Assembly (NCBI GenBank): GCA_951406725.2
Contig: OX597823.1
Location: 9,858,001 to 9,922,000 of the forward strand
Source: Octopus vulgaris
Lineage: Eukaryota
Length of the DNA: 64,000 nt
Direction of reading: 5' to 3'
In this document: piece by piece, positions 26,258-38,134 of the stretch
Numbering within the stretch: the first letter of the stretch is position 1
How the letters are laid out: each line of letters starts with the position of its first letter
Notes under the pieces: generated by a model
Told to the model about the DNA's origin: nothing
The model's database searches: none
The model's input: only the letters and a program-made list of their open reading frames with translations
Made by a program: the position numbers and the translations under genes

Positions 26258-29200
26258 TGTGTGTGTGTGTCAGTGTGTGTGTGTGTGTGTGTGTGCGTGT
26301 GTGTGTGTGTGTGTGTATTTGTATATTTATACTTTTCAAGATATGTGCAAAGGAATATTTTTAATGCAAATTGAAATAAAATGGATATAAAATGTACCGG
26401 TATTTTTTCCTGAAATACTGAAAACAAGAAATTTTAGACAGAGGTAATCATTTTTGGAAACTATGAATTGGAAATAAAGATCTCAAATATTTTATCGGTG
26501 ATTTTTTTTTCCAGATATAAGGATATTTTTACATGAAATATTTTTCTACTAATAAAAATATATCTAATTTTTAGAGGAATTTCTCTTCGAGAAATTATTC
26601 ATTTAAATTCTACTAATATTTTTTTCGGACAATTTACTTAAAAGTGTCAAAAGGAAAATACTACTGAGCAAAAGAAAGAGGTAAGGTGTAAAAGAGATTA
26701 AGAAGGCACGTTATGTCTGATAGGTTGATTAGTTGTTTTTAATTACGATATTTTTTCTGATATCAAGAAAACTTCAAAATTGCTCTCACACTTTGATAGG
26801 TGCAATATAACAAACGATGTTGCATACCTGTACACCAGCATTTATTTTGTATCATGAATACATCTTACAGATGTCCAAGAAGGAATATATGTGTGCAGAG
26901 ACGTTTAAATGTAATTTTCTAACATTCTCAGAAAAGATGAGAAGTTTATTAAAACAAATTAATTAGCGGGGAATCCCATAACTTTCTTGGAATCTCATAG
27001 AATTTCTTTCATTGAGAAGAAAGCTATTTTATAGAAAACAAAAAAGAATCGATTCAATAGACTTTAAATATTACTGATATTCGAAAGAAACATGAAACGG
27101 CTATTCATATAAAGTCTGACAGTTGTGTACATACTTAAAGCTTTTAATTCATTTCGATTAGAAGCAATGTAGGAGACGTACAGAAAGTACGAAAGTTAAA
27201 GAAGATATTATGAGCTTTTTGTCAGAGTATAATCAAAATAACAGATATAAAATGTAAGTGTTTGTGTGTAGTTACTCTCAATCACCAATGTATATTAGAA
27301 ATGATCGGAGTAATTACTCTCTTCGCCAATGTCTCAGCATAAACAATAATATTTAGGTTATTCACTTCACAAGACGTAGATTTTATATCTCAATATTACG
27401 ACAATGCAGCATTCCTGGAATTATGCAATCGTTCCCGACAGGCTATAAATTGAAAACCAAAACTGATTTAATTCAGATCGCAATGAATGCTTTTTGCTTA
27501 TTTTTTTAATCCTATAGTGTTATCTTCAACAATATTTTACACGGATTTCTGATTTAATCTTCTTTCCAACACAGAGAAGCAGTACATACAATCTATCACA
27601 ATATTATTAACAGTTCTGCTATTGATCACAACGTATAAAAGATAATATTAAAATTCTTATGTAAAGATGTAACGCATTTAGTTGGCACACTGCTCTTTAA
27701 ACATTCTCTACTTTATTTTAAACATCTATGATTCTTACATTTGCAGAATTCGCAAGTGTTTATATGTTGTGAAACTGATTCAAACGATTTTAAAATTTAG
27801 GAAGGAAAAACGTTTTCACTAACAGACGAATAGGACTCAAAGGGTAAATGCCTGACCTTCAACGTATTGCAGCACACGTGCATTACAAATAATTATACTG
27901 GTTTCTAACCTAGGCACTGACCCATGACTCTCGACGCTGTTGGAGTCGTATAAAAGGCCATGCCGCTGGACTACGCCTCATATTATTGAAGACGGAAAGG
28001 GAAATATATTGATCCTGACATGCTTTGAAATTAGAGCGTTAAAGGATTAAGCGAATATCAGCTCTATCTTCCCTTCTGTTCCTTACGCTCTACCATTTCG
28101 CTTCTTATGTTTATTTATCGATTCTTTGCTTTATAATTAAACATTATATTTCGGTGTGAAGGTTTAGTCAGTATCAACCTTCTCAGTACTTCGACTCAGT
28201 GTTTATCCACTAAGTTTAATGAGTTGAATACGATTTTGCATTAGCATCATGTCACACAATACAGGGTTAAACTTATAGCAAATCGAATCAACTTCTCTTA
28301 TATTAATGGTAATTATTCAATTAGCCTCAGATTGTTTGAAGAACGTGTTAACATTTTGATGGTACTTAGAAAGAAAAGAATATTGTGATTGGCACTTTAG
28401 TAGCTTATCTATAGAAATATCATCTAAAATATCTCCTGTGTGTGGCGTGACCCTTTCGAGAAACACAATTCGGAACACGACGTCCGATTTATAATTTACA
28501 AGATATTTTTATTGCTACTACTCATAAATTCAAGCCCAAAATTAGAACATATATCTATATAACACCAATTATACTACTCATAAATTCAAACCAACTACTA
28601 AAACTCATATGTATATAAAACCAGTTCCTGATAATTTCATATCTAGAGTTATTTATCGCAATGACGATATTATAGCTTTCGGATGAAGCAACAGTTATTG
28701 AGCATAATTGTATTTCAAACAAAAGAAAATATAAAACCAAGGAACTATATCTATTCTGACAGAACTTTAGAAATCCGTTTACCGTTCTTTTCAATGTTTA
28801 TATATAAGACTTTTCCTGTTTTGTGAATACAAGTCTGGTCATGCTTCGTTTAAATAGCAGCGTACTTGTACAACATTGTAAATAAGACCATCATGTTTCA
28901 TTTTAAGCTGACTTGCAATCGAAATAACTCTTGAAATTAACAATATATTGGTTAAGCAAACACTAATTTAACAACAATAAATCTGATAAAATCTCTATCA
29001 CATTTGATTCATTACTGAACAAGATGTTACCAAAGCAACTTTAGTTAAAGTTATATGAATAGCTTTGCTACAAGGCGATGTGGATTTAGTTCTAAGCTGA
29101 TATACATAAGATATAAGTTTGTATTCTTTAAATTCAATTTTATCAGTTTATTCTTACTTTGGTTCATATGTTCTGAATTCAATTGTATGTTTACGACAAT

Positions 29201-30599
29201 ACATGTGTTTGTGTGTGTCTATGTCTGTGTCTGTGTGCGCGCGCGCGTGTGTATTAGTAAGAATTTCCCAAGACCATTTCTAGCACGCTCAAGACGGATG
29301 AAGTAGAAGGAAGATGTTTTCAAAGTAAAGCACCGGCTCTAATGTTTGCATCTGACTAGAATCACTTAAAAACATGAAAGGTGCACGGTCAGAGTGCGAT
29401 GGTGTTACACGGTGCACAAATTAAGTGTACCCCCACAAGTATCCTCTGGATTTGGTTTCAGAATGCAAAGAACCGTATCAAACATAGCACAATGTCTTGC
29501 CCGACATTCTTACAGTTCTGAAAGTGGATTGATATCTTATATTGATTTTTAAACTTCATGACGAAAATCTGAAACATATTCAAACTCGGAGGGAGTTGAA
29601 CAATGCAAGACACGAAAGCAACCCCGTGAAGCATTCTATTCTATGCTCTAATGATTCTTCCAACTCAATACTTGAAGTGATTTAAATTCTTTAAAATTAT
29701 GAAATAGATGACGTATGATATGCTAATAAATAGTAAACCTGAAGACAATGGAACAGTTGTGCGAATGATATCGAATTCTATTCCTTAGCTTGCAAACGTG
29801 ATCAATATTTCTTACATTAATATACTCCCAACAGAAAATTGTAAGATTATAATTACTTAGTTTTCAATATATTAATGTATAACAACTAGAGATATATCGA
29901 TCGCTAACACTTGAATAGATATCAGAGTTAGGCAGCCTTACGTATCACTAAATAATTTCCAGTTGATTGGATCGTAAAGTAGAGTGATACGATATTGACT
30001 ACGATGAGATATGAAATCATGAACTGTGAACCGCACAGTCTTCAAATTATCTATACACTATTTAAAATATTGTGCGTTTCCAATCCCTATTTAGATATTC
30101 TCCAACGATAGTAACACACATCCATGCACATACAAATACGTACACATAAATGCCCATTCTTTTGTATGTGTATATACATCTCTTTTCGTATCACAAACAC
30201 ATATACTTTACACACACACATATACGAATTCGTGTATGTAGTATAGTAGGGAACAGTTGCAGTTTCCAACGTTTCTGTGTTATCTTCGGCACGACCGTGT
30301 CGAAGAGCTGCCAAGATAGTTATAATCTTCATCGATTACTAATTGCTGAAGCTTTTCGGTTCACAGATTCCCTCATGATTCACCACGTCTGTGTTCACAT
30401 CACACATGTGCAATAATGAAATACTTCCATTTTTGTAGCTTGAAGCTCGTTGAAAATGTATTACAATAGATGGGAGGAATTGTGACTCTCTACTCCCCTA
30501 ACATGTATGAGTCCCTATTGAAGTGTCTTGTACTGGAATATATTGTCTTTATTGATCACAATAGTTTCGTTGCTGCGGAGTATGGAGCATCTAACATTG

Positions 30600-31860
30600 T
30601 TTATAATGTCTTTCTTCTGGTTTGAAATTATAAGAGGTAGGAAAGGGAAACCAGCAGAGTTTTACATCTTTTATGTCTAAGGAAATGGCGGTATCTGATG
30701 GGGAACAGAAAACAACATGAACTTGCATACTTAGACATGAGATAGTAGGAAGGAAAACGAGCAGAGTGATGGGTACAGAAAGGGAATAGAGAAGCAGAAG
30801 ATAATAGGGTGAGTGTAAGGGAGATACAGGATAAGAAAAGGATTACTTAACTAACAGGAAATGGAAGAAAGAAGGGAAAAAAGCATTGATCGAAACACGC
30901 CAGTGATGTTGTTCCAAACTTGAACATGAAACGTTGTTCCATCTTTTTGAATGTGCAGATCTATTGTGTACAAAAAAAAAAACACATACACACTGGCAAA
31001 TGGTTAATGGAACGGCCATTATCTACAAGTGGGTTGCTATAATTTGGCTTAACATTCAATTTAGTTTTGTTTACGCTTACATAAGAAATAAGCAAGGTAA
31101 CGGCTTTTTCCCAGTGTAAAGTGCAAAGTTTGGAGATAACACAATATGACATTAGAAAGTGTGCAACAGAAATGATGGATAACGTGATACTGTAACATAG
31201 GACTGGTGATGGTTGTATTGTTTTTAATACACAAAGGCTGCATCTTTGGCGAGCGCATTTAAAAATATCTCTTAGTGTATGGCTGGGCCGGGCGAAATAT
31301 CTCACTTGGAGCTTGTTGATGTTCTTATCTTCCTTGAGGGCGAAAAGCCGCGGTGTCGGAAAAATCGGATGTAAGCTTTAATTAGGAAGTTATAGTTTTG
31401 TGTATTTTTAGAGGGAGGAGAGACCAGTGCAAAGTGAGGATAAGTGGAAACTGGCCCGTAGATGTGAGTAAAAAGGCCAGGAGAATGGTGATGTGCTCGA
31501 TGGCTTAGGTCCGTTGTAGTGCAGGGTCCACACCTAATTGAGCTTTCTTTCAACACTGGAAGAAATGTATTTTTACTCATTATGTTTCGAAATTCGAAAC
31601 AATGCTGTAGACTTGGAGAAGTACTAAAAGAATGGTGTAACCGAATTAGGGATTGGTGTGACAGAGAAGTGGAAATACGAGTCGGAGTCAGAGTTTTTCT
31701 ACTGGAAGAGAAGTAGGCAAATTAATATGGCGGATAGCGATAGAAATACAGAGAAAACTAGCAGAAGTGCCAGGTACGAATAATATATCACTTATACATA
31801 TGTATATGAAACAATAATTGCTAAAATACCTTATGCAAAGTGTAAAGGAGAAATCGAATA
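30600..31860 (-). mobile_element. heavily degenerate Neptune-type PLE (RT thumb, Cys linker, GIY-YIG region, pyrimidine-rich 3' UTR)
   Basis: Minus-strand fragments read SFLCISIAI..LPTS, SDSDSYFHFS, IFKCARQRCSLC, HHFCCTLSNVI and MEQRFMFKFGT, parallel to the 55.9-57.1 kb element. Confidence 0.7.
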
Positions 31861-32447
31861 TAGTGATGCCGCGAACACAAATGTTTGTATAAGTCATTTA
31901 TTTATATGTATAAACATCAATATAGTGCTTTGATTTCTGGTGTTTCGGTATATTCTACTTTGTTTAAATTTCCAAGTTTCATGTTGATTATTTTCGCATT
32001 TTATCCAGGCAGGATCAATAAAATTTTTATTAGTCGCGAATGCAGGGAAGTTGAATTCTGTCAAGATCTCAATTGTGTTACTTAAATGCATATATTCATA
32101 AAGGAACATAAACACACACCAATATATGTGTGCTTGTGTTTGTATAATGTATACACAGACACACACACATATATATAAATATATATCTTCGAATGTGTAT
32201 ACATAGTATACTATCTAATACATCTATCTATCAACACCAAAAAGCATATGTATATATGAAAAACATTGCAGCATTTGGGTTGTCGAAAGACTTGAAATAT
32301 AAGTCTCTGTGTGTGTGTGTGTACATAAATATGTTGTCGCTCTTTCTCGAGCCACGCCTGGCATATAAGGGCCGGTTTCCCAGTTTCATCGGCGTATAGG
32401 TTCCCCATATATGTATGTATCTATGCATGTACATATATATGTATGCA

Positions 32448-32929
32448 TACATAAATAATATTTTTATAAACAAATCCGAAAGGCTTTGCGAGTTACGGAG
32501 AGAAAGCTTCTGTGGAAAGCTCATAGTATAATAACTGTACAATAGCTGTGTATAATATATATCGTAATAATATTTATTATCCGATTTGAAGCGACAGTTT
32601 ATAAATATAAACAAATGACCGAAAAATGATGAGCCTTATATAGTAGCTTTTTTTCCGTAACTCACAAAGCCTTTCGGGTTTGTTTATAAAAATATTATTT
32701 ATGTAGTAGTAAGACAGTTTAAGTATATATTAGCTAAATTTGACTGAAATTCATGGGTGAGCGTTTGGCTAATCCGAATCGCAAGGAGCCATGAAATCAT
32801 CGATTTGTGGGTTTGATGCAGCCTGTGGTTAGCTCTTCATTTTTCGGTCATTTGTTTGTATTTAAAAAGTGTCGCTTCAAAATCGGAGAATAAGTATCAT
32901 TATGATATATAATATATACAGTTATTGTA
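32448..32929. repeat. interleaved inverted repeats A-B-A'-X-B'
   Basis: A 32448-32508 / A' 32645-32705; B 32538-32634 / B' 32832-32929. Confidence 0.88.
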
Positions 32930-33049
32930 TGCATACATATATATGTATATATATATATATACGTTATATATATGTATATATGAGGTATGTACACACATAT
33001 ATATATCGGCTTAGATTAGTATTAATGATTAGTATATATATATACATAT

Positions 33050-33252
33050 AGTTAATCCAAACAAGAAAACACAAAAAAACACAGCAACGCGAGGACGTGG
33101 AACAAATAAAGTATTATTGGACGCTCAGGAAAGAAGGGAAGAGGAGGATTTAATGTTTCGAGCGGAGCTCTTCGTCGGAAACATAGGAGAAGGAAAGATC
33201 CCGAGAAGGGAAGACAGACGAAAAAAAATCGCTGGCGGTACTCACGAGGTCA
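33050..33252 (-). mobile_element. PLE-like terminal fragment (family C) in (TA)n, hammerhead motif 33148-33182
   Basis: Minus GUUU CCGACGA A GAGC-UCC-GCUC GAA ACAU U AAAU. Homologous to 17420-17603. Confidence 0.75.
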
Positions 33253-34079
33253 TATATATATATATATATTAGAATAGTATTAATGAGCAGAAGAAAGATT
33301 ACTTAGTACTAAATTGAATATAATTATTTATATCACTTGGCCAACTGAATATTCTGAAACACTTTGAACGGGAAGGAATAACCTTATGTGAGCATTTGTG
33401 TGTGTGTGTGTGCTGGTGGAGGAGCATGTGCGTGGGGGACCGTGTGCATGTGTGTCGGGGGATGTATTTGGTCATGTGTATTTTTCGCTTGTACTCTAAA
33501 CGTTGCAAGAGTTTGTCATCGTTTAGTCATACACAAAACTACGTATATGCACATGTGTATTGCGAGTGTGTGTTTGTGTGTGTGTATGAATATGCATATG
33601 TTTGTATCTGTATAAATATCTATGTGTTTGCGTGTGAATTCCGAAAGAAACGGACACTTAGAAAAATTAATCCATCAGCCGTTATTGACATGGAATCTGG
33701 GATGCTGCTGTTATCTTTGGTGAAAAATTTCGGCAATGAATCTTGAAAGCTATATTCTCTGGAGATTATTGATCGCTACAAGTATCTTGTGATTTACACT
33801 CCTTCATCCTATTTCAAAATTTGTTGCTATTTCCTACTGTAGGCAAAGCAACAATCTTGGTACGATAAACACGCTTCAGTGAACTGGCCATCAAAGCGAA
33901 CCATACATCTATTGAACTGGACTTTGATATTTAATATACGCACACATATATATATATATATATGTGTGTGTATGTGTGTGTGTATACAGACATATATACA
34001 TATATATATATTATATATGTATGTATATACATATATATATATGAATATTTGTATATATATATATGTGTTTATATATATA

Positions 34080-34111
<32 letters not shown>

Positions 34112-34185
34112 CATGTCTATATATATGTGTATATATGTATATATATATATATATATGTATCTATATATATATATGTATATATATG

Positions 34186-34248
<63 letters not shown>

Positions 34249-34267
34249 CTCTCTCTCTCTCTCTCTC

Positions 34268-34330
<63 letters not shown>

Positions 34331-35538
34331 TGGGGTTTATATAAGGATAAGTTAGAATACAAAATAAACTGGAATTGAAAGAAATCGTAAGCCTCGACTG
34401 AATATCAATACGAATGTAAAGAAATTATTAATAAAACGCAGTTAGAACCTTGTTTCGAATCATATCCAGAGAATTTGAAGTATTACGCAATTGCATTAAG
34501 AAGCTATGAGCAGATCTTGTTTGAAGATAACAGCTTGAAATTGCAAAGAAAGCACTGACAATCAACAAATGCCTGTTGCTAATTAACATGAATGTGTGGA
34601 CATATCCAAATTGCTGCTAATTAAGAAAACCGGCTTGGAAAATTTATGATGGTGACAGGTAAGATGTTCAGAATGTGTGAAATGAAAGTGAAATTGAATT
34701 GAAAAACAGGTGAAATGGTTCGTCTTAATTGTAACCTTAAAGGTATGGTGATCAACACCTGAAGCACATTCAACTCCACGGAGAAATAGATTTTCGGTAG
34801 CACAACAAAGGAGCGGCTTCAATGTGGTCAGTTGAAATAGCAGCTAAATAACACTCTTTCGGCTATAGTAGTTAAAATCCACTCAAATCATATTTTCTTG
34901 TTATCAAAGAAAAAAACGATTTTTGACTGATGCAGTCGCGGATACACTATGTCAAATTTCAAAGATGGAATAATTGTGGTGTTAATTACTTATGATAAGT
35001 ATCTACTCAGGGGTTGAATAACATCTACAAAAATAACGAAGCTACGTCTCGCGAGTGGATGCAAAATTTCCGAATGAATGTAATTACATTTTAAGTTCAG
35101 TTTGCGGATTTTTCTCTCTTGAAATTGTTGTAAGTGCTAATTAGAAAGTTCAAGTTGTTCAAACTCCTGTGGATCATGCTTTAGTTTATGCATATGTGTG
35201 TGTGTGTGTGGATGTGTGTGCATTTGTGGGGTGCGTGTATTTGGATGTGCATGTATTTGTGTGTGTGTGTGTGTGTGTGTACATGTGCTTGGGAGTGGAT
35301 GCATTTGTGTGTATGTACATGTATGATTGTATGTGAGTCTGTGTGCGTTTGTGATACACACTTTAACAAACACTCAAGAGAGGTTATGATAGAGTGAACC
35401 GTCATGAATATGTATGATATGCCAAATGTATTTGCATATATACACAAGTACACACTTTATTGTGAGTAACACAAACCTTTGAAGTAGGATGACAAGAGAC
35501 AAAGAAAAGTAAATGATGGAGGGGAGAAGGAAAAATGG

Positions 35539-35575
<37 letters not shown>

Positions 35576-35702
35576 TATCTATACACACAAGTATTCTTTT
35601 GTTCTTTTACTATTTTACTTGTCTCAGTCATTTGATTGCAGCCATGCGGGAGCACATGTAAATATATATGCACAAACATATATATATATAGATATACATA
35701 CG

Positions 35703-35757
<55 letters not shown>

Positions 35758-35855
35758 CAATATAGGGTTGCAAAAAAAATTTTGTAGAATTTTTTTGCCA
35801 CCAGCGGCCTAGTGGGAAAAAAATTAAATAGTCATAGACCATTTATAAGTTCAAC

Positions 35856-35986
35856 ATCACAATCAAGGAACGGCCATAATAGGCCATTCACCCACTAGAA
35901 ATAACAGCCAAAGCTTCAATTTTGCGGTTGAAGCTTTGGCTGTTATTTCTAGTGGGTGAATGGCCTATTATGGCCGTTCCTTGATT

Positions 35987-35991
<5 letters not shown>
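35856..35991. repeat. perfect 64-bp inverted repeat with 8-nt loop
   Basis: Arms 35856-35919 and 35928-35991 are exact reverse complements; the loop is ttttgcgg. Confidence 0.97.
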
Positions 35992-36038
<47 letters not shown>

Positions 36039-36179
36039 CTCGAAATGCGGAGTATATAAAACAGTGGACAACTGATGGAAGGATTGCTTTTTATGTTGCC
36101 TGTCTTGTTTTTTTATTTATTTATTTCGATCTTTGCAAAATTAGTTTGTTTTCCATATTTTTGTATTTCACATTCTCGC

Positions 36180-36736
36180 TTTTCATGTTGTTTATGTTTT
36201 TAGACATCCTGTACCCGTATATGCATGTGCATATACATATATATGCAGGTATGCCCATCTATGCATGTATATATGCATATATATATATATATATATATCT
36301 ATTATTTACATTATATATATAGAGAGAGACAGAGATGTACCTTCATAGCAAGTGACCTGATCTGAGATCGTGTGCTAGAACGAAAACAATTGCAGCGTGA
36401 AAGGTGTTTATAAGCCATTTAAGAAACACACAAAAACCGTTAGATTCACTTCAACATCTCTATTTAATTTGTCAAAATATTTTCGTCGCTTTGAGACCGC
36501 AACCTGTTCACTAACAAAATTCCATATATTCCATAATTGTTTTCGTTCCAGCACACGATCTCAGATCAGGTCACTTGCTATGAAAGTACATCTCTCTCTC
36601 TATATATATATATATAATGTAAATAATAGATATATATATGCATATATACATGCATAGATGGGCATACCTGCATATATATGTATATGCACATGCATATATG
36701 GGTACAGGGTGTCTAAAAACGTAAACAACATGAAAA
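36180..36736. repeat. ~205-bp-arm inverted repeat enclosing a hammerhead-like motif
   Basis: Arms 36180-36391 and 36535-36736 differ by a few substitutions and by microsatellite length. Confidence 0.93.
36468..36518 (-). ncRNA. type I hammerhead-like motif with G3:C8 swap
   Basis: UUUGUUA GUGAACA G GUUGC-GGUCUCAAA-GCGAC GAA AAUAUU U UGACAAA. Confidence 0.68.
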
Positions 36737-36777
36737 AATTGTATGATTTGCATAATAGTGGTTTTATCTCTAATTTA

Positions 36778-36831
<54 letters not shown>

Positions 36832-36834
<3 letters not shown>

Positions 36835-36975
36835 GAGAGTTCACGAAAAGAAACAGAAGACGAAGATAGGTGGTGTAGAAACAAACAGTATAACGCTCTT
36901 CTACAGGAAGGGACACAGAAAAAAACAAAGAGAGAAACCAGTAGAGAAAAAAATGTGTGTAGTGGCTACCGATCT

Positions 36976-36980
<5 letters not shown>
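36832..36980 (-). mobile_element. PLE terminal fragment in (TA)n, with an internal deletion removing the GAAA half of the hammerhead
   Basis: Homologous to 7352-7540 and retains CUGUAGA A GAGC GU on the minus strand. Confidence 0.7.
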
Positions 36981-37032
<52 letters not shown>

Positions 37033-37608
37033 CATAAAGCACAATTGCCTTGTGTAATTGATAATTATTCACACATTATTACGGATACCGAATGTTTGAA
37101 TTATTGACATTAAACGAAGCATGACATTTGCTGCTGCTGAATTTTTCAGACAGGTGTCGTCTGTTTTTGTATTCGAAAATACATTCAGTTGTTTACTGAC
37201 TTTCATAATGCACAATTAATATTTTTATGCTTATAAATTCTGATGACAAAATTGATATTCTAGTTTTTCTCATTAACAAATATAGTCAATGTATATAATT
37301 CGCTGTCATCAACACATATTTAATACGCTATATATATTTGCATTTAAATGTTTTGCTATTAATTGTTCTCATCCATATATTCCTCTATTACCTCTTATAT
37401 CCAACTAACTGAGAGGTTTTGTTTATTCAGTCTCAGTCTATTAACACTGTATGCTTGTATTTCTGGATTTAAGTACAACAGATCCAGAATTTTTGGAAAT
37501 TACAGATTGAAATTTAAGAAGGTCAAGGTATCTGGTGTAGCTTCATGTCTATCCAAGAAATATAGTTGAGACTTATCCATGAAACTGAAGAATAATACTA
37601 ATTATATA

Positions 37609-38134
37609 TTGGGTTGTCCGGAGAGTTCGTGCCGATTTTTAAAGGAAAGAAAAGGGTCAATAAATACTTGCCATTACATTTTTAATCAACCAAATATGAA
37701 CCATTTTGTTGCACAATGTATCTCCATGTTTTCTTTAACTTGAAAATGCCCCCTTCCCAGGATTGAGGTGGTTTTATGGCAAAGAATTCATCAAGGTATC
37801 TTTTTACATCATCCAAGGAATTGAAATTTTTACCATTAAGACTATTCTGCAGAGACCTGAATAAGTGGAAATCCGAAGGAGCAATATCTGGTGAATATGG
37901 AGGGTGGGGTGACATCAAGTGCCGAAAATGAACTTTCTTATCTTCCATTTTAAAGGAAGGGTTACAGAATTAACACAGGTTATAGGAACATAAACCTTCT
38001 TCCACGAAAATATAGCTTAAACTGTGCTCTAAATGGAGGTGTAGTCAAATACTATTTTATGGACTCAACCATATTCTAAAAGAAGTCGAAAGGTAAGCTA
38101 CTATAAATCGGCACGAACTTTCCGGACGACCCAA
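37609..38134 (-). mobile_element. internally deleted mariner (mellifera-like), 526 bp
   Basis: 30-bp TIRs ttgggttgtccggagagttcgtgccgattt / aaatcggcacgaactttccggacgacccaa, with TA on both sides. Confidence 0.95.
37682..37948 (-). pseudogene. in-frame fusion of the first 12 aa and last ~76 aa of a mariner transposase
   Basis: MEDKKVHFRHLM|SPHPPYSPDIAPSDFHLFRSLQNSL...W..IVQQNGSYLVD*. Confidence 0.9.
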
